Below, in pieces: positions 9,249-18,540 of a stretch of DNA of 64,000 nt (its first letter is position 1; each line of letters begins with the position of its first letter). Position numbers and translations under genes: made by a program. Below the pieces are notes generated by a model, which did not search any database, was not told the DNA's origin, and saw nothing but the letters and a program-made list of their open reading frames with translations. Origin of the DNA: Candidatus Latescibacterota bacterium (GTDB lineage Bacteria > Latescibacterota > UBA2968 > UBA8231); contig OZ252098.1 in the NCBI GenBank assembly GCA_965248355.1, forward strand, positions 1,177,858 to 1,241,857, read 5' to 3'.

Positions 9249-11362
9249 GGCTTCTCCCTCTCCTCGTCGACGGCGACCCGGGCCTCGGAGCGCGCCGCCT
9301 CGAGGAGATCCTCGTCGCGCACCAGATGAGCCACCCGAAGCTCCGGCATCCCCGCCTGTCTCGTCCCCATCATCTCCCCCGGTCCACGTATCTCCATATC
9401 CTTGCGTGCCAGTTCAAAACCATCCATGGATTCACACAATGAATCAAGTCGGGTCCGAGCCGGGCCGTCGGCATCTTCGGCGTGGGCCACGAGGATGCAA
9501 TAGGCCGCCAGCCTACCCCGGCCGACCCGGCCGCGAAGCTGGTGCAGCTGCGCAAGCCCGAAGCGCTCGGCGTGCTCCACGACCATCACCGTGGCGTTGG
9601 GGACGTCGACCCCCACCTCGATGACCGTGGTCGCCACCAGGACGTCGATCTGTCCGCAGGCGAAGCGGGCCATGATGCCGGTCTTCTCCTCGGCCGGCAG
9701 GCGGCCGTGAAGCAGCTCGACCCGCAACTCCTTCAGCGGTCCCCGGACGAGCTCCTCGTAACCGGCCCGGGCCGAGCTCAGATCGGAGCGCTCCGAGTCC
9801 TCGATGACCGGGTAGACCACGTAGGCCTGCCGCCCCGAGGCCACCTCGTCGACGACGAAGGCCAGGATCCGTTCCCGGTGGGAGGGATCCCGGAGGACGG
9901 TCCGCACCGCCTGGCGGCCCGGCGGCATCTCGTCGATGACGGACACGGCCAGGTCTCCGTAGAGGGTCATGGCCAGCGAGCGCGGAATCGGTGTGGCCGT
10001 CATGATCAGCAGATCGATCCCCTCCCCCTTGGCCGACAGGCGGGTGCGCTGGGCCACGCCGAACCGATGCTGCTCGTCCACCACCGCCAGGCCGAGCCGG
10101 GCAAAGGAGACGCCTTCCTCGATCAGGGCGTGGGTGCCGACGGCGACGCGGATCGTACCGCTGGCCAGCCCCGTCAGGATCTCCCGGCGAACCACCGCCC
10201 GAAGGCCGCCCTTGAGGAGGGCGATATCCTCGACCCCGACCGGCGCGGCCAGCCGGCGCAGACTGTGGAAGTGCTGCTCCGCGAGGATCTCGGTGGGCGC
10301 CATCAGGGCTACCTGAAAACCGCTCTCCACGGCTTGCAGGGCCGCGCACAGGGCGACGAGGGTCTTGCCCGAGCCCACGTCGCCGTGCAGGAGGCGGCGC
10401 ATGGGACGGGGACGTGCCATGTCGGCGCCGATCTCTTCGATCACGCGCAGCTGGGCCCGGGTGGGCTCGAAGGGCATGGCGGCGAGAAGGCGCGGCACAA
10501 GGTCGCGGCTGGCGGGGGTGGCGAGGCCCGGCCGGTCGTCCAGCCGGCGCCGGCGGCGCTCCAGCTCGCGCTGGAGCAGGTAGAGCTCCTCGAAGGCGAG
10601 GCGGCGCCGGGCCCGCTCCGCGGCCTCGACGTGGGCCGGGAAGTGGGCGTCCTGCAGGGCCGGCCCGAGGCCGATCAGCCCGTGCCGTTCTTCCCCTCCC
10701 GGGGGCAGCTGCGTGCGTACGGCGGGCACCGAACTCGCCAGGGCGCCCCGCATGAGGCGGCGGAAACCGCGGCTGCCCAGTCCGCGCTCCTTCATCTGCG
10801 CGCTCGAGCCGTAGAGGGGCACGACGGCCCCGGTGTGGAGGAGTCCGTCCAGTCCGGACCCGGCGTCCGAGAGGTGCTCGTACTCGGGGTGGCTCACCTG
10901 GCGCTGGCCGCGGTAGAGCTCGACCCGTCCGCTGAGGGCCAGCACGTCTCCGGCCTCGAAGGTGTGCCACCGGGCGCCCTGGAACCAGACGCATCGCAGG
11001 CGGCCGGTCCCGTCCTCGACCTCCACACTGTGCGGGGCCGATCGCCTTCCGCCGCGGACGGGGGGCGGCCGGGCAACGGACCGAACGGTGCCGACGAGGG
11101 TGACTTCCTCCCCCATGGGGGCCTCGGCGATGGAGACGATCCGGCTGCGGTCGAGGTAGCGCCGGGGCAGCCGGGCCAGCAGGTCGGCGACCGTGGCCAG
11201 GCCCTCCTTCCGCAGGGCCTGCGCCCGGCGGCGGCCGATGCCGGGCACCTCTTCGATCGGGGCTCGCGCCGGCTCACCGTCGAGCAGGGGCAGGGCCGGG
11301 GCCACGCCGGTCACCGCCTCGGCCCGCTCCGCGGCCGGCCGGTGACCGCTACGAGGGGACAC
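9245..11362 (-). CDS. recG: ATP-dependent DNA helicase RecG (start approximate)
   Basis: Wedge/OB domain, GDVGSGKT, MAPTEILAEQH, DEQHRFGV, MTATPIPR, QLHQLRGRVGRG, RGPGE..GTRQAG. Confidence 0.96.
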   Translation of the reverse strand: MSPRSGHRPAAERAEAVTGVAPALPLLDGEPARAPIEEVPGIGRRRAQALRKEGLATVADLLARLPRRYLDRSRIVSIAEAPMGEEVTLVGTVRSVARPPPVRGGRRSAPHSVEVEDGTGRLRCVWFQGARWHTFEAGDVLALSGRVELYRGQRQVSHPEYEHLSDAGSGLDGLLHTGAVVPLYGSSAQMKERGLGSRGFRRLMRGALASSVPAVRTQLPPGGEERHGLIGLGPALQDAHFPAHVEAAERARRRLAFEELYLLQRELERRRRRLDDRPGLATPASRDLVPRLLAAMPFEPTRAQLRVIEEIGADMARPRPMRRLLHGDVGSGKTLVALCAALQAVESGFQVALMAPTEILAEQHFHSLRRLAAPVGVEDIALLKGGLRAVVRREILTGLASGTIRVAVGTHALIEEGVSFARLGLAVVDEQHRFGVAQRTRLSAKGEGIDLLIMTATPIPRSLAMTLYGDLAVSVIDEMPPGRQAVRTVLRDPSHRERILAFVVDEVASGRQAYVVYPVIEDSERSDLSSARAGYEELVRGPLKELRVELLHGRLPAEEKTGIMARFACGQIDVLVATTVIEVGVDVPNATVMVVEHAERFGLAQLHQLRGRVGRGRLAAYCILVAHAEDADGPARTRLDSLCESMDGFELARKDMEIRGPGEMMGTRQAGMPELRVAHLVRDEDLLEAARSEARVAVDEEREKP

Positions 11363-11486
11363 GCGGCCCGAAGGGGTGGATCATCCGGTGGTTCCCCCAT
11401 GGTTGACGCCCCCGGAGCCGAGCCGGTAGACTTGAAGCCATTCCCTCCCCAGGCCCTCCCCCGCCCTTTCCGCACGCGCGGTCAAT

Positions 11487-11966
11487 TTGCCCGAACGCCC
11501 GTCCTTCGCCCAGTTCCTGATCGGGGCGGCCGCCCTCGAACGCCCGTCCTTCCTCTACGCCTACCTGGTGATGTGGCTGCACCTGCTCATCAGCGTGCCG
11601 GTCCTCGTCTTCCTGGTCGAGGTGCCGCTTCTGGACGCCCTGCCGCAGATGGCCATCAGCTCCCCGAGCCTGGGGATTCTCCTGTACGGCCTGGGTTCGA
11701 AGAGATACGGCTTCCTGGTGAACCTCCTGCCCTACGCCGTCGGCCTCCGCCGGGCCATCGATCCGGCCGCCCTGGACTACACGTTCCTGCTCCTGGCCGT
11801 CATCATCTGCCTCACCTCCACCTACCTGCTGCTGTCGGAGGAATACCGGCTCTACACCAGTGGACAGGTCGAGGATGAGCGCGGCCTGCCCCTTCGCGTC
11901 ACCCTCTCCGTGGGGGCCGCGGTCCTGCTGCTGCTGCTCTACGGCCTCCACCTCCAGGCCCGCTAG
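11487..11966 (+). CDS. Hypothetical integral membrane protein
   Basis: 159 aa with 4-5 hydrophobic segments; fills the gap between recG and mraY; candidate promoter TTGACG-N18-TAGACT at 11403-11432. Confidence 0.65.
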   Translation: MPERPSFAQFLIGAAALERPSFLYAYLVMWLHLLISVPVLVFLVEVPLLDALPQMAISSPSLGILLYGLGSKRYGFLVNLLPYAVGLRRAIDPAALDYTFLLLAVIICLTSTYLLLSEEYRLYTSGQVEDERGLPLRVTLSVGAAVLLLLLYGLHLQAR

Positions 11967-13073
11967 TCAGCGGATCTTCAGGGTCGCCAGTCCCATGAGC
12001 GCCAGAATGCCGGCGATGATCCAGAATCGGATGACGATCTTGGTGTCGGCCAGCCCGCACGCCTGGAAGTGGTGGTGCACGGGGGCGCTGCGGAAGAACC
12101 GCCGCCCCAGCCAGCGGATGCCGATCTTCTCCTGGATCACCACCGAGAGCGCCTCGCCGACGAACACCCCTCCGACGATGAGGAACAGGAACTCCTGCTT
12201 CACCAGCACGACCACGGTTCCCAGCAGCCCGCCAAGGGCCATGGATCCGGTGTCCCCCATGATGACGTTGGCCGGGTAGGAATTGAACCACAGGAAGCCG
12301 AGACAGGCGCCGAAGACGGTGCAGCAGATGATGGTGACCTCGCCGGCCCCGGGGGTGAAGGGAAAGATGAGGAAGTCCGAGATGCGCGCGTGACTGGCCA
12401 CGTAGGCGAAGACCCCGTAGACGGCCACGGCGAAGGCCGCGGGCACCACGGCGAGCCCGTCGATGCCGTCGGCGATGTTCACGGAGTTGGCGATGGCCAC
12501 GAGGGTGAAGGCGATGAAGGGGACGTAGCCGAGGCCGAGATCGATGACCGGGGTCTTGACGAAGGGCAGGAAGAGCTTGGTGGCCAGACCCTCGGGCATG
12601 GGCGACAGGGGCTCGATGACAAAGGCCAGGCCGAAGGCCAGGCCGAAGAGGGCCTGGAGCACGAGCTTGGCCGATTCCGAGAGCCCGCGGTCGCTCGTGC
12701 CGTGGCGGACTTTCAGATGGTCGTCGAGGTAACCGAGGCCCGCGAACCAGATCACCGCCCCCAGGCTCATGAGGACGAAGGTCTCGTGCAGGCGGCACCA
12801 CAGCAGACAGCCGGCGAGCACCGAGGCCACCAGCAGGGGGCCGCCATAGGTCTTGGGGGCGCGGGACTTGGCCGGAGGAAAGTCGAAGCTGCGGCGCGTA
12901 TCGCGGCGGCCGCCGCGGTAGAGGGCGAGGATGACCCGGTCGCCGAGGAGGATGGTGAGCACCAGGGCGGTGATGGCCCCGCCGATGGCGCGGAAGCTGA
13001 TCGAGTCGAGCAGCCGCAGGAAGGACAGGGCCTCGACGCTTTCGTTCAGGTAGGTTCCCAGATAGTAGAGCAT
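11967..13073 (-). CDS. mraY: Phospho-N-acetylmuramoyl-pentapeptide transferase (MraY family, divergent)
   Basis: GYLDD, NSVNIADGIDGLA, NSYPANVIMGDTGS, APVHHHF motifs; multi-pass membrane protein. Confidence 0.92.
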   Translation of the reverse strand: MLYYLGTYLNESVEALSFLRLLDSISFRAIGGAITALVLTILLGDRVILALYRGGRRDTRRSFDFPPAKSRAPKTYGGPLLVASVLAGCLLWCRLHETFVLMSLGAVIWFAGLGYLDDHLKVRHGTSDRGLSESAKLVLQALFGLAFGLAFVIEPLSPMPEGLATKLFLPFVKTPVIDLGLGYVPFIAFTLVAIANSVNIADGIDGLAVVPAAFAVAVYGVFAYVASHARISDFLIFPFTPGAGEVTIICCTVFGACLGFLWFNSYPANVIMGDTGSMALGGLLGTVVVLVKQEFLFLIVGGVFVGEALSVVIQEKIGIRWLGRRFFRSAPVHHHFQACGLADTKIVIRFWIIAGILALMGLATLKIR

Positions 13074-13077
13074 GGGA

Positions 13078-15132
13078 TCAGCAGGCCGATTGGCCCATGC
13101 GCTCCAGGCCCTCGCGGACTCGGCGGGACAGGGAGTCCAGGCTGTCCTTCAACGGGAAGGCCGGTTCGAAGTTCGGTGAGGTGGACAGGATCTGCTCCAC
13201 GTCGGCGGCCACCTCCTCCGGCTGCAGCACCCGCCGCTCCAGCAGGCCCTCCAGGGCGTGCACCGTCTCCTGGCGGCAGCGCCAGTCCGGATGCACGTAG
13301 AACCGGCGCAGGTCCGCCAGGCGCTCGGCGCGGCAGGTGACCCGGCCGAGGGCCCCCAGGGCGGCTGCGACCACGGAGCTCACGCCGTCGCCCAGGGACT
13401 CGACGAGGGCCGCTTCCACCTCCTCGTCCCCCGGAGTCGCCTGCTCGCCGAGGAGGCGGGCGGCGGCGACGCGCACCTCGAAGTAGGGATCATCGGAGAG
13501 GGCCTCCAGGACCGCGGACCGGCCCTGCGGACCGGCCCGCCGCAGCCCGATCATGGACAGGGGGAAGTCGATCGCGTTCCGCCGCAGGATGCCGGGGTGA
13601 CGGTAGTCGCCGCCGGCGAGGCGCTGCAGCGGGCTGGCCGGGGTGCGGTCGCCGATCAGGGCGAGCACCAGGGGCAGGCGTTCCTCCCAGGCCAGCAGGC
13701 CCACGAGCTTGACCCCCACGTTGCGGCGGCCGTAGGGGATCTCGTACCAGCTCTCCGACGCCAGGTTCCGGTCGGCCTGGTAACGCAGGAAGGCCAGCTC
13801 CATCGGGCACAGGGCCTCCACCCCTCCCGCCTCGGCGATCCGGCTCCGCACGTGGCGCAGCAGACGATTCGGATCGGCCGGCACCCCGGCAGACCCGGCC
13901 ACGGGGTACTCGAGTCTCAGGGGCGGCGGACGGAGGCCCTGCCTCAGGCTGTCGATCTCGCCGAGGATGGCCTCCAGGCTGTCGCGCCGCGGCGCCGAGG
14001 CGGCGGCGGCGGCCATGCGCCCGCGCTCGTCCGGTCCGTCGAGGAGCTCGAGGATGGCGCCGGCGAGACGGGACCCGCTGACCGCCAGATCGACGCGCCC
14101 ATCCATGCGCCAGCTGGCCTCCTCGAACAGAACCCGGGCGGCTCCGAGCCCCTGAAGGGCCATGGCGTTGACCGCCTGGTGATCCTCGGCCGCCGTCGAC
14201 AGCGGCAGGATCACCGCCGGCAGACCGCACACGCCGACCTCGGTGAGGGTGCTCATGCCGCCCCTGCAGACCACGAGGTCGGCAGCGGCGTAGGCGGTCT
14301 CGATCTCCTCCATGTAGCCGAACCGGCGGTACCACTGCTCGAGATCCTGGAGGCCGGTCCGCTCCAGGGCGCCGGCGGTGTCCGCCACGGGGTCGTAGTC
14401 CTCCGAGACGTGGGCCCCCGTGCCGTGCAGGATGAGCAGCTCGTCGGCCCGGTTCGCCAGCAGCGGCAGGGCTTCGACCACGGCCCGGTTGATGGTCCTC
14501 GACCCCTGCGATCCTCCGAATATGAAGACGACGAGGCGATCTCCCTCGATCTCCCAGACCGCCCTCGCTCCCTCCCGGTCGAGGCGGGTCAGCTCGCGGC
14601 GCACCGGGAACCCGACCACCGCCACCCGCTTCATGTCGAACCAGCGGGCGGCTTGCTCGAAGACGACGCCGATGCGGTCGGCGATGCGACCGACGGCCTG
14701 GTTCAGCAGCCCGGGATGGGCGTTCGGCTCGTAGGCGAAGACCCTCGCCCGGCTCAGTCCGACCTTGCGCAGCAGACCGCTGGCGAACAGGATCGGAGCG
14801 CTCACGAAACCACCGGTGGCGAAGATCACATGGGGCCGGAACCGCAGCAGGACGAGGACCGCTCCGGCGACGCCGGCGGCCAGGACGAGGCTGAAGCGGA
14901 GCAGCGGCCAGGCGCGACGGGTGCGCGGAAAGGGCCTGGAAGGCAGCCGCCGCAGCGGATAGCCCCGGGCCGGCACGACGCGCTCCTCCAGCCGCCCCCG
15001 GACCCCCACGTACAGGAATCGAGCCTCGGGCTGGCGGCGCCGGATCTCGTCGGCCACGGCCAGCGCCGGGTACACATGGCCGCCGGTACCGCCGCCGGTG
15101 AACAGGTATCTCACGGACGAAGGGCCGATCAT
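13078..15132 (-). CDS. murG: MurG-family glycosyltransferase fused to a C-terminal HEAT-repeat domain
   Basis: GGGTGGHVYP, EPNAHPG, GGSQGS, RGGMSTLTE, DHQAVNA in the first ~400 aa; HEAT-like units (DDPYFEVRVAAARLLG, DGVSSVVAAALGALG, HPDWRCRQETVHAL) in the tail. Confidence 0.9.
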   Translation of the reverse strand: MIGPSSVRYLFTGGGTGGHVYPALAVADEIRRRQPEARFLYVGVRGRLEERVVPARGYPLRRLPSRPFPRTRRAWPLLRFSLVLAAGVAGAVLVLLRFRPHVIFATGGFVSAPILFASGLLRKVGLSRARVFAYEPNAHPGLLNQAVGRIADRIGVVFEQAARWFDMKRVAVVGFPVRRELTRLDREGARAVWEIEGDRLVVFIFGGSQGSRTINRAVVEALPLLANRADELLILHGTGAHVSEDYDPVADTAGALERTGLQDLEQWYRRFGYMEEIETAYAAADLVVCRGGMSTLTEVGVCGLPAVILPLSTAAEDHQAVNAMALQGLGAARVLFEEASWRMDGRVDLAVSGSRLAGAILELLDGPDERGRMAAAAASAPRRDSLEAILGEIDSLRQGLRPPPLRLEYPVAGSAGVPADPNRLLRHVRSRIAEAGGVEALCPMELAFLRYQADRNLASESWYEIPYGRRNVGVKLVGLLAWEERLPLVLALIGDRTPASPLQRLAGGDYRHPGILRRNAIDFPLSMIGLRRAGPQGRSAVLEALSDDPYFEVRVAAARLLGEQATPGDEEVEAALVESLGDGVSSVVAAALGALGRVTCRAERLADLRRFYVHPDWRCRQETVHALEGLLERRVLQPEEVAADVEQILSTSPNFEPAFPLKDSLDSLSRRVREGLERMGQSAC

Positions 15133-15225
15133 GTCGTCGCCGCGGGGGGGCGCGGGCGACTGCGTCGGAGGGGGAGCTGCGAGGGAGGGAGGCCCCTCGC
15201 CCGGGGTGGCTCAAGGGTCTGGTCC

Positions 15226-15254
15226 AGTATACACAGCGGTCCCAGGTCCGACAA
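15226..15254 (-). promoter_or_regulatory. Candidate internal sigma70 promoter for murG-mraY
   Basis: Minus strand TTGTCG(15254-15249)-N17-TATACT(15231-15226). Confidence 0.5.
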
Positions 15255-15267
15255 GCTCCGCCACGGC

Positions 15268-16017
15268 TCAGATCATGGTCACCAGGTCCGCCGGCAGCCA
15301 TCCGCCGAGACCGTTGTCCAGGCGGACCAGGAGCCACTCCCCCTCGCGGCGCTCCACGGTCACCTTCGTGCCCTCGTGAACGACGAACACGGGGGTCTGC
15401 CCGAGGTCGGGGCCGCCTCTCGCCTGTCCCTGGATAGCGGTGACCACCGCCTCGGAGAGGGTGAGCTCGCGGTGCAGGCGCGTGCCGGCGAAGGCTCCGA
15501 ACCCCAGGATCCCGCCGAGGCAGAGGCCGAGGGCCACCACCGCGGCCGGACCGGAGCCGCGCAGCAGGCGCCAGCTGGCCGCGGCGGCCAGCCCGAGCAG
15601 GCTCAGGGAGAGTCCGGCGAAGAGCTCGTTCGAGGTCGGCCAGAGGTAGAGCTCGTAGAGGAAGGCGCCGTCCTCTTCCTCTTCGCGGTCCCGCTTGATG
15701 CGGCGCAGGAACCGCAGGTTGGCCAGCACGTCCTCGTCCCTGGGCGCCACTCTCCGGGCGCGCTCGTACCAGACGATGGCCTCGCCCAGGCGGCCGTCCT
15801 TGAAGCAGGCGTTTCCGAGGTTGTAGAACAGGCGCTCGTCCCGGACCCCGGTGCCGGACGCCGCCAGGTAGCGCTGCCGGGCGCCGGCGAACTCGCCTCG
15901 CCGGTAGAGATCGTTGCCCTCGGCGTAGAGCCCCGCGGCGGCGGACTGGGCGGCGGCCTCGCCCACGGCGAGAACCGTGAACAGTCCCGCCGCCAGGAGG
16001 CGCAAGGGCCGGATCAC
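15268..16017 (-). CDS. batE: BatE-like TPR + SH3 protein
   Basis: Signal peptide, TPR (FYNLGNACFKDGRLGEAIVWYERA), two TM segments, SH3b end (VHEGTKV..WLLVRLDNGLGGWLP); GTG overlaps the upstream stop (GTGA). Confidence 0.85.
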   Translation of the reverse strand: MIRPLRLLAAGLFTVLAVGEAAAQSAAAGLYAEGNDLYRRGEFAGARQRYLAASGTGVRDERLFYNLGNACFKDGRLGEAIVWYERARRVAPRDEDVLANLRFLRRIKRDREEEEDGAFLYELYLWPTSNELFAGLSLSLLGLAAAASWRLLRGSGPAAVVALGLCLGGILGFGAFAGTRLHRELTLSEAVVTAIQGQARGGPDLGQTPVFVVHEGTKVTVERREGEWLLVRLDNGLGGWLPADLVTMI

Positions 16018-17801
16018 GACAGCGCCTTCCGGAGGAGGGCCATCGCCTCCTCGGTCTCCGCGAGCAGTTCCTCCCGGGTCCCGCGGTCGGTGTTGGCGGG
16101 CGCGTAGCGGCCGAACTCGCAGCGCTCCAGTACGGCGTCCACCCGGTCGACGAGGGCGGGGTCGACGCCCCGGTCCTCCAGCTCCTGCCGGCAACGGTCC
16201 CGGGTCAGACCGGGCGCCGGCCGGTTTCCCTGGTCGGCGATGAAGGCGACCACGGCCTCCTGCAGGGCGCCGTGAAAGCCGTCGCCCTCCGCCGCTCTCC
16301 GGCCCGCTTCCCGCAGGCGGCCGGCCAGCTCGCCGCCGGACCGACGCCGGCGAGCGTAGGCCGCATCCTTCTCCAGCCTGCGGCGATGGCGGTGCCAGGA
16401 GACCAGGGCCAGGTAGCCCAGGGGCAGCAGGGCGTGGGCGAACCAGTAGTAGCCGCTGCGGTACAGGGGTGAGGCGGCGCCGATGTGCGCCACGTCGGGC
16501 TTGATGTGCCGGATGTCGCGTCCGAGCCGCTCGATCTCGCGCCGCGTCAGGTCGTACCCCTCCCCGGCGGCGGCTGCGGCGCTGTCCGGGCGGCTGTGAA
16601 TCGCCATGGGCGCGCTCGAGGCCGTGCGGTACCGGTGGGACGCGGGATCGAAGTAGGCCACTCTCAGGGCCGGGATCTCCAGACGGCCTTCGCGCCCGGG
16701 GATCAGGATGTACTCGAGCCTCCTCGCAGCCCTGTACCGGCCGTCGGCGGAGCGTCCTTCCTCCACCTCCACCTTGGGCTCGTAGACCTCGAAGCCCCGG
16801 GGATGCAAGGCCGGCTCCGGGATGCTCTGCACGTTGCCGGTGCCCGTGATCGACACCTTCAGGGTGACCGGATCGCCGACGCGCACATCCCGGGGCCGGG
16901 CCTCGACGGAGATGCCGAACTCGCCCACGGCCCCCGCGAAGTCTCCGGGCCTCCCCTGTTCCGGTAGAGGTCGGACGTGGATGGAGACGGGCTCGCTGCG
17001 GATCATCAAGGCTCGACTGCGTCCGAAGATGGGGTCTTCCAGCAAGGAGCAGGTCAGCCCCAGGGGATCGATGACCTGGGAGCCGGAAGCGGTGGGGAAC
17101 AGCACGACGTGGCGCAGGGGGGCCACCTGGAACGGCAGCCCCTGGATCACCTCGCGATGGGGGTCCAGCCGCGAGGCGGCGAACAACTCCTTGACCCAGA
17201 ACCCGGTGTACTCCGGCACCTCGGCGAGCCGGGGGCCGCGCAGGTGGTACCGGTAGCACAGATCGAAGCGCACGTTCACCTGCTCTCCCACGTACGCCGT
17301 GTCCCGGTCGGCCTGCACCCGCACGAAGAGGTCGTCCTCGAGCTCCCGCTCTCCGGCCTCGCCGTCTCGCTCCGGCGTCCGCGCGGCGGTCTTGCCGAGG
17401 ACGTGCACCTCCACCTCTTCCGTGGTCAGGACCTCGCCCTCCGCCTGCAGACGCGCGGGACCGAGCGTGAACCGGCCCGGGTTCCGGGCGTAGAGGGTGT
17501 ACTTCAGCTCCCGGGTGAACCGCGCCCCCCTGTGGTCGTGGGACTCCATGTCCATCACCGAGGGACCATGGACGATGAACTCCCGCAGGTCGATGGTGGG
17601 CGCCGCCAGGTGGCTCAGGGGGGTCTCCGCGCTCAGACGCAGGGTCAGCTGGATCGGTTGAGACGCGGAGACCTGGCTGCGGTCCACGGCCAGGGTGAAC
17701 TCGATCTCCGGCCGGGCGGGTCCTGCCGACAGGAGCACGAGGGCCGCCATGAATTGCAGTCGGCGGGCCGGAAGGCGGGCCGGTACAGGGTTACCAGTCA
17801 C
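16014..17801 (-). CDS. batD: BatD-like protein (start GTG 17801 or ATG 17750)
   Basis: Beta-rich repeats, AYVGEQV, FAGAVGEF, VGDPVTLKVSITGTGN, YFDP, C-terminal TM and cytoplasmic domain; position in bat cluster. Confidence 0.85.
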   Translation of the reverse strand: MTGNPVPARLPARRLQFMAALVLLSAGPARPEIEFTLAVDRSQVSASQPIQLTLRLSAETPLSHLAAPTIDLREFIVHGPSVMDMESHDHRGARFTRELKYTLYARNPGRFTLGPARLQAEGEVLTTEEVEVHVLGKTAARTPERDGEAGERELEDDLFVRVQADRDTAYVGEQVNVRFDLCYRYHLRGPRLAEVPEYTGFWVKELFAASRLDPHREVIQGLPFQVAPLRHVVLFPTASGSQVIDPLGLTCSLLEDPIFGRSRALMIRSEPVSIHVRPLPEQGRPGDFAGAVGEFGISVEARPRDVRVGDPVTLKVSITGTGNVQSIPEPALHPRGFEVYEPKVEVEEGRSADGRYRAARRLEYILIPGREGRLEIPALRVAYFDPASHRYRTASSAPMAIHSRPDSAAAAAGEGYDLTRREIERLGRDIRHIKPDVAHIGAASPLYRSGYYWFAHALLPLGYLALVSWHRHRRRLEKDAAYARRRRSGGELAGRLREAGRRAAEGDGFHGALQEAVVAFIADQGNRPAPGLTRDRCRQELEDRGVDPALVDRVDAVLERCEFGRYAPANTDRGTREELLAETEEAMALLRKALS

Positions 17802-18540
17802 GGGCCTCGTCGCCCCCCCCGCGGGCGCGGTAACGCCGCTCCTGGGCCTCCTGCTCCCGATCGCGGAAGGCGTCGAGCAGGCGCTCCGCCTCCTCGCGGT
17901 CCAGGCCGCCCTCCTCCGCCGGGGGCGGCGCCTGCGCCTCGCCGTCCTCGTCATCGGGCTCCGGTGGCCCCTCGTCGGGCTCCGGAGAGGAGGATGGCCG
18001 CTGCTGCTGTTGCTCCTCCCCTTCCGGGGGATCCCGCTGATCCCCGTCCGGGGAATCCTGCTCCCCTCCGTCCGGGGGATCCTCCTGATTCTCACCGCCC
18101 TGCGGCTGGGGCGGCGGCAGCCGCTGCAGGGCGAGCTCCAGGTTCGCCTTGGCGTCGGCGTCGCCGGGGACCCGCTGCAGGGCCTGCCGATAGGCTTCGG
18201 CGGCGGCCGGATAGTCCTGCAGCTGGAAGTGGGTGTTCCCCTTGTTGTAGTGACCGCTCGCCGACAGGGCCGGGTCGGCGGCGGCGGCCACCCTCTCGAA
18301 CTCGCGCAGGGCTCTCTCGAAGTCGCCGAGCCGGAACTGGGCGTCGCCCACATTGAGATGGAGGCGAGCCGACTCCGGCCGCTCCACGAGGGCCTCCTTG
18401 TACATCTGCAGCGCTTCCTCGTAGCGTCCCGCCTCGTACAAAGCGCGGGCGGCCTCGTTCCGGGAGACGGCTCGATCGCCGATGCTGCGCGCCTGCGCCG
18501 CAGAGGCCGCGAGCAGCAGGACCAGAGCCAGCGCTCTCAC
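17791..18540 (-). CDS. batC: BatC-like TPR protein with Gln/Asp/Glu-rich tail
   Basis: TPRs (HYNKGNTHF, DAKANLELAL), low-complexity linker, EEAERLLDA and terminal DW. Confidence 0.85.
   Translation of the reverse strand: MRALALVLLLAASAAQARSIGDRAVSRNEAARALYEAGRYEEALQMYKEALVERPESARLHLNVGDAQFRLGDFERALREFERVAAAADPALSASGHYNKGNTHFQLQDYPAAAEAYRQALQRVPGDADAKANLELALQRLPPPQPQGGENQEDPPDGGEQDSPDGDQRDPPEGEEQQQQRPSSSPEPDEGPPEPDDEDGEAQAPPPAEEGGLDREEAERLLDAFRDREQEAQERRYRARGGGDEARDW

Noticed and set aside
3-11362. polX, nuclease, HTH, ssb and recG as a prophage or defence island
   Set aside because: No integrase, structural or defence genes and no visible composition shift; interleaved with housekeeping genes
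15219-15238. CTGG..ACAG sequence resembling an E. coli LexA box near the murG promoter
   Set aside because: Spacing is CTG-N12-CAG rather than N10, and that box type is not expected in this lineage
18020-18095. Short repeated GGGGATCC/CCGTCCGGGG units
   Set aside because: They encode the QDPPDG-like low-complexity linker of BatC; no constant repeat-spacer structure, so not CRISPR
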